DNA of 39,689 nt. Source: Octopus bimaculoides (lineage: Eukaryota). This document shows, piece after piece, positions 23,337 to 35,140 of the stretch (its first letter is position 1; every line of letters starts with the position of its first letter). The stretch is taken from the NCBI RefSeq assembly GCF_001194135.2, contig NC_068993.1, positions 64,871,818 to 64,911,506 of the forward strand, in the 5' to 3' direction. The translations under genes and the position numbers were made by a program. Below the pieces are notes generated by a model, which saw only the letters and a program-made list of their open reading frames with translations, was not told the DNA's origin and made no database searches.

Positions 23337-23924
23337 ACATACATACATAAGCGTTCTGCGCTGAAGAGACAACTGATAAAAGTCTTCTTCTCTGCTTGAA
23401 AAGTGGCGAAATAAATTATTATTTTGACCATGAAACCCTGGGTAACTGTATTTAACAAGATTTATGGTGTTTATTATAACATTATACACACACATATGCA
23501 TAGTCTGTTTCGATTGAACCATTTTCAACAGAGTCGAAACATCTCACACGCATACACAAACGCACACACTCACACACTCGTCGTATATAAGACTGTTGAA
23601 AACGTTCCTCCAGAACGAAATCAATGTACAATGAAAATATTCAGATTATAGCCAAGGTGCATCTATTTAATGGCTGAGGCATAGTTAATTGCTCAGCCAA
23701 GATAGCGACGGTTTGAAACATTAAATTTTGTCAGAAAAAAAATAACACCAGTTTTGAACAACAAGCCGAATAAATACGTTGTCCAGATGTTCGCAAACGT
23801 CATTTTAGTAGAAAAAAATCTTCAATAATTGCTTGGAATTAAGAAAATTAAGGAACACGAATCGTTAGATTCACACTACTGCTACTACCACTAGTAGTAG
23901 TAGTAGTATTGTTGATGTTATTTA

Positions 23925-24095
23925 GCTTCGGATCAAGTCTGATCTACGTAAACCGATAGTGACATTACTCCTGTAAGCATTCCATCTTTAGAGTTGTATA
24001 GAACTACATTTCCTCTTTACATTATTCAAGATATCCTCTCCAACCATAAGATTGTAGGGTGGTTTGAGGAAAATCTTGTTATTTTTAGCGTACTG
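23925..24095 (+). repeat. Old dispersed ~170-200 bp repeat, family D; related copies at ~28880-29040, ~29945-30135, ~33485-33650 and a minus-strand piece at ~5040-5085
   Basis: The shared end motif resembles tttgagggaaatttg.ctgctattt(c/t)tagc, preceded by a gatc..ctgatc..ga.c..atgatcaaa-like start. The copies are highly diverged. Confidence 0.5.
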
Positions 24096-24965
24096 ATAGT
24101 TCATTATATTTAATTTTGTTATTCTGCAATCCAAGATCAAATTCTTCTTGGCTTTACTATAAGCCCACCTCGTTAAGAATTGGTTTTGTGCTCACTAAAG
24201 AAATGAATATTTGCTTACTCTGCTCTTAATTTCTAAATTTATGTCAGTAAAGTTCCTGTTCTACTTCCCGCTAAACAAGTGGCTCCACGGATCTACGAAA
24301 ATTTCAATACATTCACTGGCATCATGGGGAATGTGCCATTATTGTAGTCGTAGCTCTTATTGGCTAATGAGCCATCATGTCTGTCAGCAGCATTAATAAC
24401 ATATCTGGCATCTGCTTTAACGGAACGAATAAGTGATTAACAGGCTCAATCATGTTTCCTATGCCAAACCTTTCAACTGTAATGATCGATGTTACACAAT
24501 AAGAAGAATATGAACCAGCAAACATTGCATTCTCTGATCCGAAATCATAGCATATAATTTAAGTTCGTTAGTACAGTGAACGAATCCTGTTCAAATCTAC
24601 ATTGGGGCCGCTAAAAGCTTCAAGAGAATGTTTTTTTTTCTTTTTTAATGAATAACTTAAGATCAAAAAATCAAAATAGCTTTTTGAATCGTATTCGTAT
24701 AGGTTATTTGGTGGGTTTTTTTTTTAGATATAAGAAAATAAAGAAATATCGAATATATTAAATGGTTGATGGAAGTGGAGGGTAACTCAAAGGGATAAAT
24801 TATGTTGTTGATGTAATTTGAAGCGTGTTTGAGTTTGATAAAAAAAAAAAGAAAGAAGTATTGGAAACGAATTCTTTATTAGTGATGTCTTCTTAGGCTT
24901 GAAATCATAGGATACTCGAGTTATCTATTCGATATAAGTTATTTCACACGTGTCAGCATTATTTT

Positions 24966-25020
<55 letters not shown>

Positions 25021-25494
25021 CTTTTTGGTTTGACGGGCAACATTTTTCATTTGATTCCTCGATGATTATCGAAGCTTAGACATCTCTAAGATGCTTGCAA
25101 CATTTGCATTTAAGTCATATCCAAGTTAGTTGGCAAAGTCTCCAGTTAGTATTTTACTGATTATATCGTAAGCTTTGCGTGATAGGCACGGCTGGCAGTG
25201 AGATAAGCAAGCTACTTATTTTACTTCACTTTGACAATGGAAAAGACATCAATGCCACAATATTTCATTTTCTCCAACAAATTTCGAAGTATTGTACTGA
25301 AGTAGTAGTTTTATTTAACAACTATTCTACATGAACATATTGGCTTGAACTGATCAGACCACATATTGGCTTGTCCTGATTTCAATTTCTGATTCTTCCA
25401 ATAACTCCGAAATTCACGCTCTTCAGAAAATTTGATCGTTACGCAAATCTCATTTTACTCCCCCCTCTAAGCGTAACTTCTCTTTTCTAAAGGA

Positions 25495-25710
25495 ATAACC
25501 CTTTCTTCTGTAAGCAAAAGACCTGAAATGTTAGGAGAGGGGGTTAACCGAGTACATCGACCCCAGTGCGCAAGCAGTACTAATTTTATCGACCCCGAAA
25601 GGATGAAAGGCAAATTTGGCTTCGGTGAATTTGAACTTAAAATGTAAAGACGGACGAAATGCTGCTAAGTATTCTGTCCGGCGTGCTAACGATTCTCCCA
25701 GCTCACCCCC
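25495..25710 (-). mobile_element. SINE family A, near full length, CpG-retaining
   Basis: Reverse complement of the head (cgtgctaacgattctcccagctcacc), B-box and atcgaccccgaaaggatgaaaggcaaa. Confidence 0.92.
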
Positions 25711-25940
25711 CCCTTTTTTTTCTTTCTTTCTTAAACTAATAATACGAGTAAATATACCAAATTTATGACACGGTTTCAGGTATAATCATTTGTGATTATT
25801 TTCTTTTCAGTGATGCTGACAAGGCTCCTACGAGTGCCATGAACTTTGTAATTTTTGACCCCATTCTTCTAGATGACCTTCCAATGCCATAGTCTCTGTG
25901 TTCATTAAACTTTACACACACACATATATATACCTAATGT

Positions 25941-26240
25941 GAAGGCACATGGCTTAGTGGTTAGGGTATTCGCTCAAAATCGTAAGGTCGTGAGTTCGAT
26001 TCCCGGCGGAGCGTTGTGTCCATGAGCAAAAACCTTATTTCTCGTTGCTCCGGTCCACTCAGCGGGCAAATATGAGTAGTACCTGTATTTCAAAGGACCA
26101 GCCTTGTCACATTCTGTGTCACGCTGAATCTCTCTGAGAACTACGTTAAGGGTACGCATGTCTGTGGAATGCTCAGCCACTTACACGTTAATTTCACGAA
26201 TAGGCTATTTGGATCAACTGGAACCCTCGTTCCAGTTGAT
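25941..26240 (+). mobile_element. SINE family C
   Basis: gaaggcacatggcttagtggttagggtattcg..gtgagttcgattcccgg..tgtgtccatgagcaaaaacc; aligns by eye with 23028-23336. Confidence 0.92.
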
Positions 26241-26249
26241 CCGAACATA

Positions 26250-27391
26250 TGTGTGTGTGTTTCATTTTAAAATTTTAATAGGATTTACGGAGAGAATTTA
26301 ATTTTCTATGAAAGCGCGTTTTAAATCTGATGACCGTTCTGGTAACGTGAAACAATTGAATCACAAATATCAAGAAGCATTTCATTTACTATTTGTGCAC
26401 ATTCTCGCTCGATAGCTGCTCTCAATTGTATTTTGTTGCTGTTTTTTTTTAATTCCTTTTAAGTAACTCCATAAAAAGTATAGTCGTGTGAGGTCCGGTG
26501 AACTGCGTCGTTCAATCCACTGTTTGGCATAATCTCATCGAGGTTACCTCTTACACTATGATAGTGTGGGTGTATACCATCTTGCTGGATATGAAACTTT
26601 GCATCTTCAAGTTTTCTTGAATGCTCAACTAGGCAGATTGTCGCAGCAATTGTATTTAAACGGATCCAGTCACGGTACCGTCAAAGAAGAACGGCCTAAT
26701 TAATCCTTTAAAGGACAAGCTACACTATACGGTAACTCTTGATAAATTTACGTGATGTTCCTCCATAATATACGGTTTGTCATGTCCCAAGTAGGTACAA
26801 TTGTGGATGGTAACTGAACCATTTATTTTAAATGTGGCTTCATCATTCGAAAAACAAACCGGAAACTGCAGGTTCTACACAGCTTGCCAAGTATTACTCG
26901 CTAATCACCACACTCGGCTCGAATCATCGGCATTGAGAACATGAACTATTATTGGAATTTTGAAATATAATTTTTCCAATGAGCTCGCTTCAAAATGGAA
27001 TGGACGCAGGATTTCGAAATTCTCATCTCACGACTCGCTTGTTGCAAAAATTTTCTTGAACTCTGGCAATACGTTGTTAATATCCTTTCTTGCTTTGTAG
27101 GATTCGTCGATGTTCGCGGTCTTCAAGGACGTTTTTTGTAGTTCCATCTGCGTCAAACTTATCTTTAATTCGAGTAATGGTATGTCACGTAGGTGGATCT
27201 GTTTGAAACTTCCTTCTAAACTGTCTTTACACTTCGACTGCATTTTCAAAATCCCAGTAACACCAGGATTAACTTCTTTTGTTCAATGCTTAGTTTGGCT
27301 CCCCTCATTATTTCTAACGAAAAAAAAGGAACCAAAAGGAAGTGGGTTAGCATCATTTAAAATGGGTAAACATTTTGGAGGCTACCCTCTG
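26250..27391 (-). mobile_element. Tc1/mariner element of DD41D (rosa/Visitor-like) type; transposase pseudogene ~27308 to ~26321
   Basis: MRGAKLSIEQKKLIL; ENAVEV*RQFRRKFQTDPPT; ASREMRISKSCVHSILKRAHWK; [12 protein letters not shown]; LIRPFFFDGTVTG; QQDGIHPHY; WIERR/SPDLT..FLWSYLK; LRAAIERECAQI..NGHQ. The 5' terminus is ..ggctaccctctg at 27391. The D-D spacing cannot be counted because a deletion removes the GxVEWPP segment. Confidence 0.88.
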
Positions 27392-28614
27392 TGTGTAAGG
27401 TATTTGAGGACATATCTTTTTGGGTCATTGCTGCATTTTTTGCTAACTCTGTATAATCTTTGTTTCAGAAAATAATAATGGCAGACCCTCAGCTTACTCA
27501 AAAAATGAAGACGCATGCTGTTATTGTGGTTAGAAATATCTCGATTTTTAAAAGTTGCCAGATCTTTCGCCTACAAAGTTTGTAAGGAGCTTAGAGACTA
27601 AAAATTGAAACGTATCACCAGTGTCAAAGCATAATAAAACATTCTAAACGCTCTGAAACCATCAGAACACCTGAATTTATCCAGTAAGTTCAACAAACCA
27701 TTGATTACAGTCTCACAAAGTTCATGAGATCAATTGCAAAAGATCTTCATGTGTCAGAAGGAACAGTCAGAAATGTTGTCCACGAAGATATAAGATATAA
27801 GACTTATATGATGAGGAAAGTTCAATTTGTCAGAAAAAGCAAAAGAAAATCACTACATCAGATCTAAAAGGTTTTTAAACAAACTGAAAAATCCAGCAGA
27901 AGATTTGATTTGGTTTTCCTCAAACGTGAAAAACTTCAACCAAGATCAAAAAGTTAATAGAAGAAATGACAGATGGTTATGTGCAAACCCTTCTGAAGTT
28001 CTAAGTGCTATGCATACAAAATTTCCTGCAACTGTCATGGTTTTAGGGGTTGTCAGCAATGAAGGACATGTGATGCCACCTTACTTCTTCCCACAAGGCC
28101 TTAGAGTTAACTTTGCCGCCTACATTGAGGTCCTGGAAATAATTTCTAAGCCCTGGATAGACAGTGTATGCAACGGAAGGCCATATGCGTTTCAGTAAGA
28201 CTATCTGCACTATCACACATGGCTCTAGTAACACAGGAATGGATGGCTGAAAATTTTCATGATCACCTAACTCGTAACATTTGGCCTCCTAATTCCCCAC
28301 ATCTCAATCCATTCGACTATTACATGCGAAGCGTTGTTGAGAGAGAGGTCAATGAACATGGCCATAACACCAAAAATTCTTTAAAAGCTGCCATAGCCAG
28401 AGTAATGTCTAAAATGAACAAGGACCACTTGATTCGAGCATGGAGATGTTTTAGATCTCATATAGAAGCAGTTGTTGAAGCTGAAGGTGGCTTTTTTGAA
28501 TAACGTTATAGAAAAGGTTTATTTTTATCCTCATAGCATTTTTGATAATTAAATTATTATTTATCTGGGGTTTTTTATAAACATAAATCTGTCCTCAAAT
28601 ATCTTACGCACCCT
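27391..28614 (+). mobile_element. Tc1/mariner element of DD37D (maT) type; transposase pseudogene 27478-28503
   Basis: KNFNQDQKVNRRNDRW; VMVLGVVSNEG; FQ*D then, after a 2-nt insertion, SALSH..WPPNSPHLNPFDY with 37 residues between D2 and D3. TIRs are gtgtgtaaggtatttgaggacatat (27391-27415) and atctgtcctcaaatatcttacgcaccc (28587-28613), followed by TA. Confidence 0.93.
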
Positions 28615-31600
28615 ATATATATNNNNNNNNNNNNNNNNNNNNNNNNNNNNNNNNNNNNNNNNNNNNNNNNNNNNNNNNNNNATATATATATATATATATA
28701 TAGTGTGTGTGTGCGTGTGCGCAATATTAAAGGAGTTACAAAAGTATACCTGAAGAAATATATACAATCCTTTATACGTAATTCTTCAGAAAAATGTTTC
28801 AAAAATAATTATTGCTGCTAATGTTGTGAACGGTGTTATTTCTAATGTTATTTATATTGTTGTTTATTGTTGTCGTATTCAGCCTTAGATCAGTTCTGTT
28901 CAGGCTGACTCATGGATCAAAGTCTTTTAGCTGTGACATTCTTGAATTTTTATTTCCTTCAGCTTTACCTTGTTTTGTTTGATTTTTAAGATCGTAGGAT
29001 TTGTTATGGGGGGAATGATGACAGCTATTTCTTGCCGAACGGGTGCAAATATCTCTCCATATTATACCTCGATAAGGCGAGAACGTCGGTTGGTACGTAA
29101 CGGCTTACCATAGTTCAGCCTGATAGTTGTACCAATGGCTCGACATAGCTGGCAGTGATTACAGTTTGGGTGCCATTACATATAACGGCTACAATGAAGA
29201 AACTGTGTACGTTCGCAATTATTTTGCTAGTTTAAAAGTAGATCGCCCTAAATTGTCCGATGAAGAAAAAAAAACGAAAATACATAAACAAGGAGGAAGC
29301 TGATCTCTTCAAAGAATTAATCGCTCAGGTTAATTACTTGTGGATGCTGCCTTCATGAAGAAACGATGGTAAAGATTGTGTTCGTATATTTAACACCGTA
29401 ATCACCAAAACTAATTGGAAGTGTTTCCGTAATGAGATGAAACCTCAAACTTAATTCACCGATTTATTTTAATTTCTGAAAGTATGGGGGACAACTTTTA
29501 AAGTGTTTCGGTCGTATCAGACTTCCTCGGCGAACTTTAGACTTCGTTGTATTTATCGAAGTAATGATGAAAGACTCATTGAGTAGATATGCAATATTGC
29601 ACTGAAGTACGTAAGCAAAATTTGCATACTCTGCTGCAGATGTGTTGATTAAAGTTTCTGCCAATATTAGGAACTATTAACAAGATCCATCAATATCTCG
29701 AGCGTACGCTTCAGCATCTCAGATATGTTAATATGATACAAAGAGACTGGAATTAAGTATGTAATTCTCGTAAAGAAGGTATTAGACTATTTGCTATGAG
29801 TCCATGTCTGGTGTTTTATTTCATTGACTTCGGAAGGATAAATAGCAGTGTTCCCTTCAATAAGGATTTCATCTGAGAGAGAAAAGGTTCGTAACTAAAC
29901 ACTGCAGGTAGTTTGATGTTCTAACGAGTCTTCTTCTTCCCTGTCAATTCAAGCTGATTGAGTTGACGAATGGCTAAACGCACTGAAGCCAACTGTGGCC
30001 ATCTGTCTATTTTCGAGACTCTTGTTTTCAGAGTCACATATTCCCATTTACCCTTATTTTCTATGACAATAGAGTGTTATTTGAAGGAAATTTGACTGCT
30101 ATTTTTAGCAGGTCAAGTGACTAGATAAATCTTCCTTGTTGGTTCGAAACAAATGTTAAACGTATCACTTGGTAAATTGTTGCATTTAAACGGACACGAT
30201 TGAACTTGAAATATTTCTTTGCCCAAAACAGCTGAAAATCATTTAAAGAGAATATTTAGAATATTTCATTGTTTCCTGTTTTCCTAAGAAACGTCGTGGA
30301 CCTGTCCTTTTGCCGTGGTATAGGACCATAACATTGAGAAGGTTTATTTCGCTTTATCTGCACTGAAATGAAATAGAGTTGTGCCTTGCTAATTACTTCT
30401 GACTGAGATTTGCTTCTCTTTGTTTATCTTTTGGATGGGCTCATTGTAAACATTGCTAACAGTTTATCGCAAAGACAATCATGATATACAAATGCTGTAT
30501 GGAACAAACTGGCTGAAGAGTTCGAACCAGGAAATACTCAATTTGAACATAAACGCGTTATCAAATAAGAAATTAAAACAAATTTTTTCTTAATGTTTTC
30601 CGTTAAAACAGAAATCGCTTCGTATTCATTATCCAGAGAAAAATAAAAGGACAGTGCCCATAGCCTTTCTAAGGAGTTGTTATGGTTAACCAATGTTGTT
30701 GTTGTTGTTGTTGATGATAATGATGATGTCTTGAATGTTCGCATTTGAACAATTAGATGTTTCTAGATGCAATAAGAAAGGAAATCACATTTAGAAATGC
30801 AATAATTCTAGAAATATAATGATTTGGAGCAAGTAGTTTACAACGGATATTTGATTGCTGGTTCAGTGTAGGGATCAGTATAAAATGTTAATTAGAGATT
30901 TGCCGGCCATAGGTACATTGGGTATAAATGAGGGTAACATAGGGTTGGCATTTTCAGAGGAGCAGAAACGTTTGATGCCGTTATCTTTTAATTCCAAAAA
31001 GTGGAATTAATCCGACTTAGCAAGACGGCGTGATGGATGGATGGATGGATGGTACACTCAATCGGTCTCCTTATAATAGAAAACATTGTCCATCGATAGT
31101 GAAACTGTGTGAATGTCATGGTCGCAGAAGTGCAGCAATTATTATGTCACTTCTTAAAGACAGCACAATTACTAAATGAAAAAGGAAGCAAAATGGTATG
31201 TCACAGTTTTGTAGATGTTTAATGCCTCAACCTACTCATTTACATGTGATTGTTTTGGTTTCAACAGACAATCTCCGATATCCTAAATTGGTTGCATAGT
31301 ATATCGAACTGATATGCAGCAATCATTATTCACTCCTAAGCTTAAAGAGAAATGCGATTAAGGTACCAAACAAAAAAATAAATAATGCTCCTCAGTTTTA
31401 TAAAACTGACTTTTAATACATGCGGTGGTGAGGTGTTAGTGAACATTTTGGGACTTCATAGTAGAGAATACTATTAAGACGACAACAAAAAGTGAATGTA
31501 ACAGTTATGGATGTGTTCTTGAATAGTCTAAAATAACTGTTTATCCATGTAAGTCTTTCAATTCCCAAACGCGACCTCAGACTAAGTAATTTAACAAAAG

Positions 31601-31972
31601 AACAATTCTGAAATTATAAGACGCATTCTGAGAAAGTTTTTTTTCAAAGATATAGTTTTGTTGTAAAAGATTTTAAGAAATTATCCTCCATTTTTATTAT
31701 CCTGATTGAAACTTCAATAAAGACGATTAAATATCCATATAGGTGATAAGTCAATTTATCCACAGGTGTGTACAAATAAATGAATTTTCGTACCTAGTAG
31801 TTTCTTTAATTAATTTCATCTCCCTTTCAGCTCTACCAGAACCTCAGTTGCCTATCTAAAGACATAAATTCATTCGGATAAACTTGATCTCTTAAGTAAC
31901 TTCACCTGTCATCCCACTTCTATATTAGTCTTTATATATGGACGTATATTAGACATGCAAGACATGTACGCT

Positions 31973-32008
<36 letters not shown>

Positions 32009-32354
32009 CATACATATATATATATATAAATATATGTGTGTGTGTGTGTGTGTGTGTGTTTGTGTGCACATATATATATATATATATATATATTTACACA
32101 TACATACGTGTGTATGTAATATATAAATACACACGCACACATGTACGTATATGTCTGGCTGGCTTGTTGTATGTATGTGTTAGTTAAGTAGTGTAGTAAG
32201 GAGAGAAAGAAAGAAAAGAAAGAAAGAAAAAAAGAAAGAAAAAAGATAGAGTCATATATACAAACATTCGTACTGACGAAGTTATTCATATGGAAAAAAT
32301 TGGCTTTTATTCATCTTTCTAGCTATACACCTATATTTTATACATCCAACATAC

Positions 32355-32399
<45 letters not shown>

Positions 32400-32924
32400 C
32401 ACGTGCGAATATTTCATATAGCTTTAATGACAGTTTCAAATGTCATTAATACATATAATAGATATATGTGCATTCATAATATCAATGATAAACCGGGGCA
32501 ATGTCGATTCAAATAATACGTACAATAAATCTTGAGGTGACAAATAATTTAGATATGTACGCAAGCTTAAATTTCGGATTAGCTATAATAATTACATGCA
32601 AAGCTATTGACTAGAAATTGTAGGCAGTCTTGTGTGTAATTAATAGACAAGTCACTCAGGAAAAATTCGGAAAAGGCTTCCAATAAACACTGATAGAACA
32701 TAATTTCGTATAAAATTTCTAAAGAGGACATACACCTACCATGCATGCAATAGCATCACTACAGCGCATGCGTTAAATGATGTCATGATTTCACCCATTA
32801 TGGGCTGTCGATTTTTCACAGTGAATTGCAATTGTTTGACTACATATGTTTGACAGCTCTCTCTAGGTTTCATATGTGTATGTAAGGTGTGTATACATAC
32901 ATATATGTATTCTTTAAAACTTTT

Positions 32925-33000
32925 TTTACTTGTTTCACTCATTGGACTGCAGCCATGTTGGGATACAGCCTTTGAAGGTATTTTAGTTGAACAAATTGCC
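32925..33000 (-). mobile_element. SINE family B-type 3' tail fragment
   Basis: ttttacttgtttcactcattggactgcagccatgttggg is the reverse complement of ccagcatggc.gcagtc.aatga.tgaaacaagtaaaa. Confidence 0.65.
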
Positions 33001-33049
33001 TCCATGAAACCATCTCTTCATGAGGTTAATACAACCTCCAATTAAATTA

Positions 33050-33093
<44 letters not shown>

Positions 33094-33129
33094 GTATATA
33101 TCGTACACACACAAACATATATATGTGTG

Positions 33130-33236
33130 TAGGTAGGTAGGTAGGCAGGTAGGTAGGCAGGTAGGTAGGCAGGTAGGTAGGTAGGTAGGTAGGTAGGTAG
33201 GTAGGTAGGTAGGCAGGTAGGCAGGCAGGTAGGTAG
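33130..33236. repeat. (AGGT)n/(AGGC) tetranucleotide microsatellite
   Basis: Direct reading. Confidence 0.95.
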
Positions 33237-33316
33237 ATGAAGGGGCATCATAGAAATGCAGAAACAAATCAAGAACGTCTTTTCTCCCGTTCTTCAGATT
33301 CTGACTTGTGCTTGTC

Positions 33317-33397
33317 AATATTTTGTCGTTCTTCTGCAGACCATAATTTTGTCGTTCTTCTGCAGACCAATATTTTGTCGTTCTTCTGCAGACCAAT
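33317..33397. repeat. 26-bp unit x3 tandem repeat
   Basis: aatattttgtcgttcttctgcagacc at 33317, 33343 (ataa variant) and 33369. Confidence 0.95.
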
Positions 33398-34286
33398 GTT
33401 AGAATCGAAATAATTCGTAGTGAAACCTGAAAGGATTGCTGTTGTCTTTTTTTATCTTTTTGTTGATGCCTTTGTTGTTTATCCCCATATCAGTCTTATC
33501 TTTTGAGCACGTATGATCAAAAGCAGTTCTTTTTAGTGTCATGTAGGGTTAACTTATCTGATGTATCCTTTCCTTTCTGACATTGAGGTACGATTCGGAC
33601 AAGATTTGGCTACTACTTCTTGCTTGCAGTTTGAGTAACCATATACAAACGCCTTAGTTAACTTGTGCTGGTTTTGTCTGATTGTTTTAGGTATTGTCTT
33701 TCTCAGTTATTTATATTTCTGTTTTTTTTTGTTTCGCTTTGGTTTGTTTCTGTTTTGTTTTGTTTTGATGTTTGCCTCTTTTGTTTTTTATTCGACAAGG
33801 TCTGTATGCCGTCCTAGTTTCAAAACTTGAAAACTAGGAAAGAAAACGTTTGATGTGCGCAGTAAAATTATAATGAAAAGTTATACTGAGTCAACATTTT
33901 TCAGCTCCCACCCAATTCCAAATAAATACGAGTGAGTTTGGTGTCTTGCATTCATTCATTCAGTTTGTACAATTGACAGAATTTGTTAAACTCTGTAATC
34001 ACACTAAGAAATTGCAATTTCAGCCAATAGGAAAAATATATTTATATTGCTTTCCTTCGAAAAGAAACAAATAAATTTGATGCATTTAATTATGCGTGTA
34101 TGTATATATGTATTTACGTATGAAAGAATGCATGCATATGTGTATGTATGAATTGTATACTTGTAAATATACATGCACAAACCACACACACATATATATA
34201 TATAGGTTTCGTTTGTGAGTATACATGCTTGCATATAAATATATGTATATTTATAAATAGATAGATATATACACATGTAAATATAC

Positions 34287-34355
<69 letters not shown>

Positions 34356-34599
34356 TATATATAACTTAAGACGAAGAATGAATACAAGACAACTTTCATA
34401 CTCAATACAATTTACAACTGATTCTGTATCATTCCGTCTCTAATCACTTTGCATGTAAATGATTGGCACTTCATTAGACTAGCATTAAACTGTGTCTCTA
34501 TTTTGCTAAGACATTGCTTATATGGGGACGAAACACGAATGAGTACAATGACAATAATGAAGCACGATAAAAACAAAAACAGCAACAACAAAACTGCAG

Positions 34600-34800
34600 C
34601 AATAATAATAATAATCATAACAACCCTTTCCATTACAGTCACAAGGCCGGAAATCTCGGGGATGGAAGGGCTAGTCGATTACATTGACCTCAGTACCCAG
34701 CTGGTACTTATTTCATTAATTCCGAAAGGATTAAAAGCAAAGTCGACCTCGAAAGAATTTGCGCTCAGAACGTAAAGACAGGTGAACCGCTGTTAAGCAC
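34600..34800 (-). mobile_element. SINE family A, 5'-truncated
   Basis: Reverse-complement body aaaagcaaagtcgacctcgaaagaatttgcgctcagaacgtaaagacag, with an (AAT)n tail on the plus strand. Confidence 0.88.
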
Positions 34801-34879
34801 TGTTTGTATTGTTATTGGTATCCTTGGTGTTGCTGTTGTTGTTATCATTAATGATAATAATGACAACATAACAATAATA

Positions 34880-35111
34880 GCAACAACAATAATCCGTTCT
34901 ACTATAATCCTTTCTACTATAGGCACAAAGCCTGAAATTTGGGGGAGGGGGATTAAGTCGATTACATCGACCCCAGTACGCAACTTTCGACTCCGAAAGG
35001 ATGAAAGGCAAAGTCGACCTCGGTGGAATTTGAACTCAGAACGGGAAAACGGGCGAAATGCCGCTAAGCATTTCGTCCAGCCTGCTAACCATTCTGCCAG
35101 CTCGCCGCCTT
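34880..35111 (-). mobile_element. SINE family A, full length, low divergence
   Basis: Head aaggcggcgagctggcagaatggttagc, B-box, and tail tgcctatagtagaaaggattat with a 15-bp tail duplication. Confidence 0.93.
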
Positions 35112-35140
35112 GGTAATAATAATAATTATTATTATTATTA

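Noticed and set aside
23671-23699. tggctgag...ctcagcca hairpin
   Set aside because: The 8-bp core with a bulge is expected by chance at this window size.
29464-29664. 66-aa minus-strand ORF in unique sequence
   Set aside because: No recognisable motif or splice support; the length is compatible with chance.
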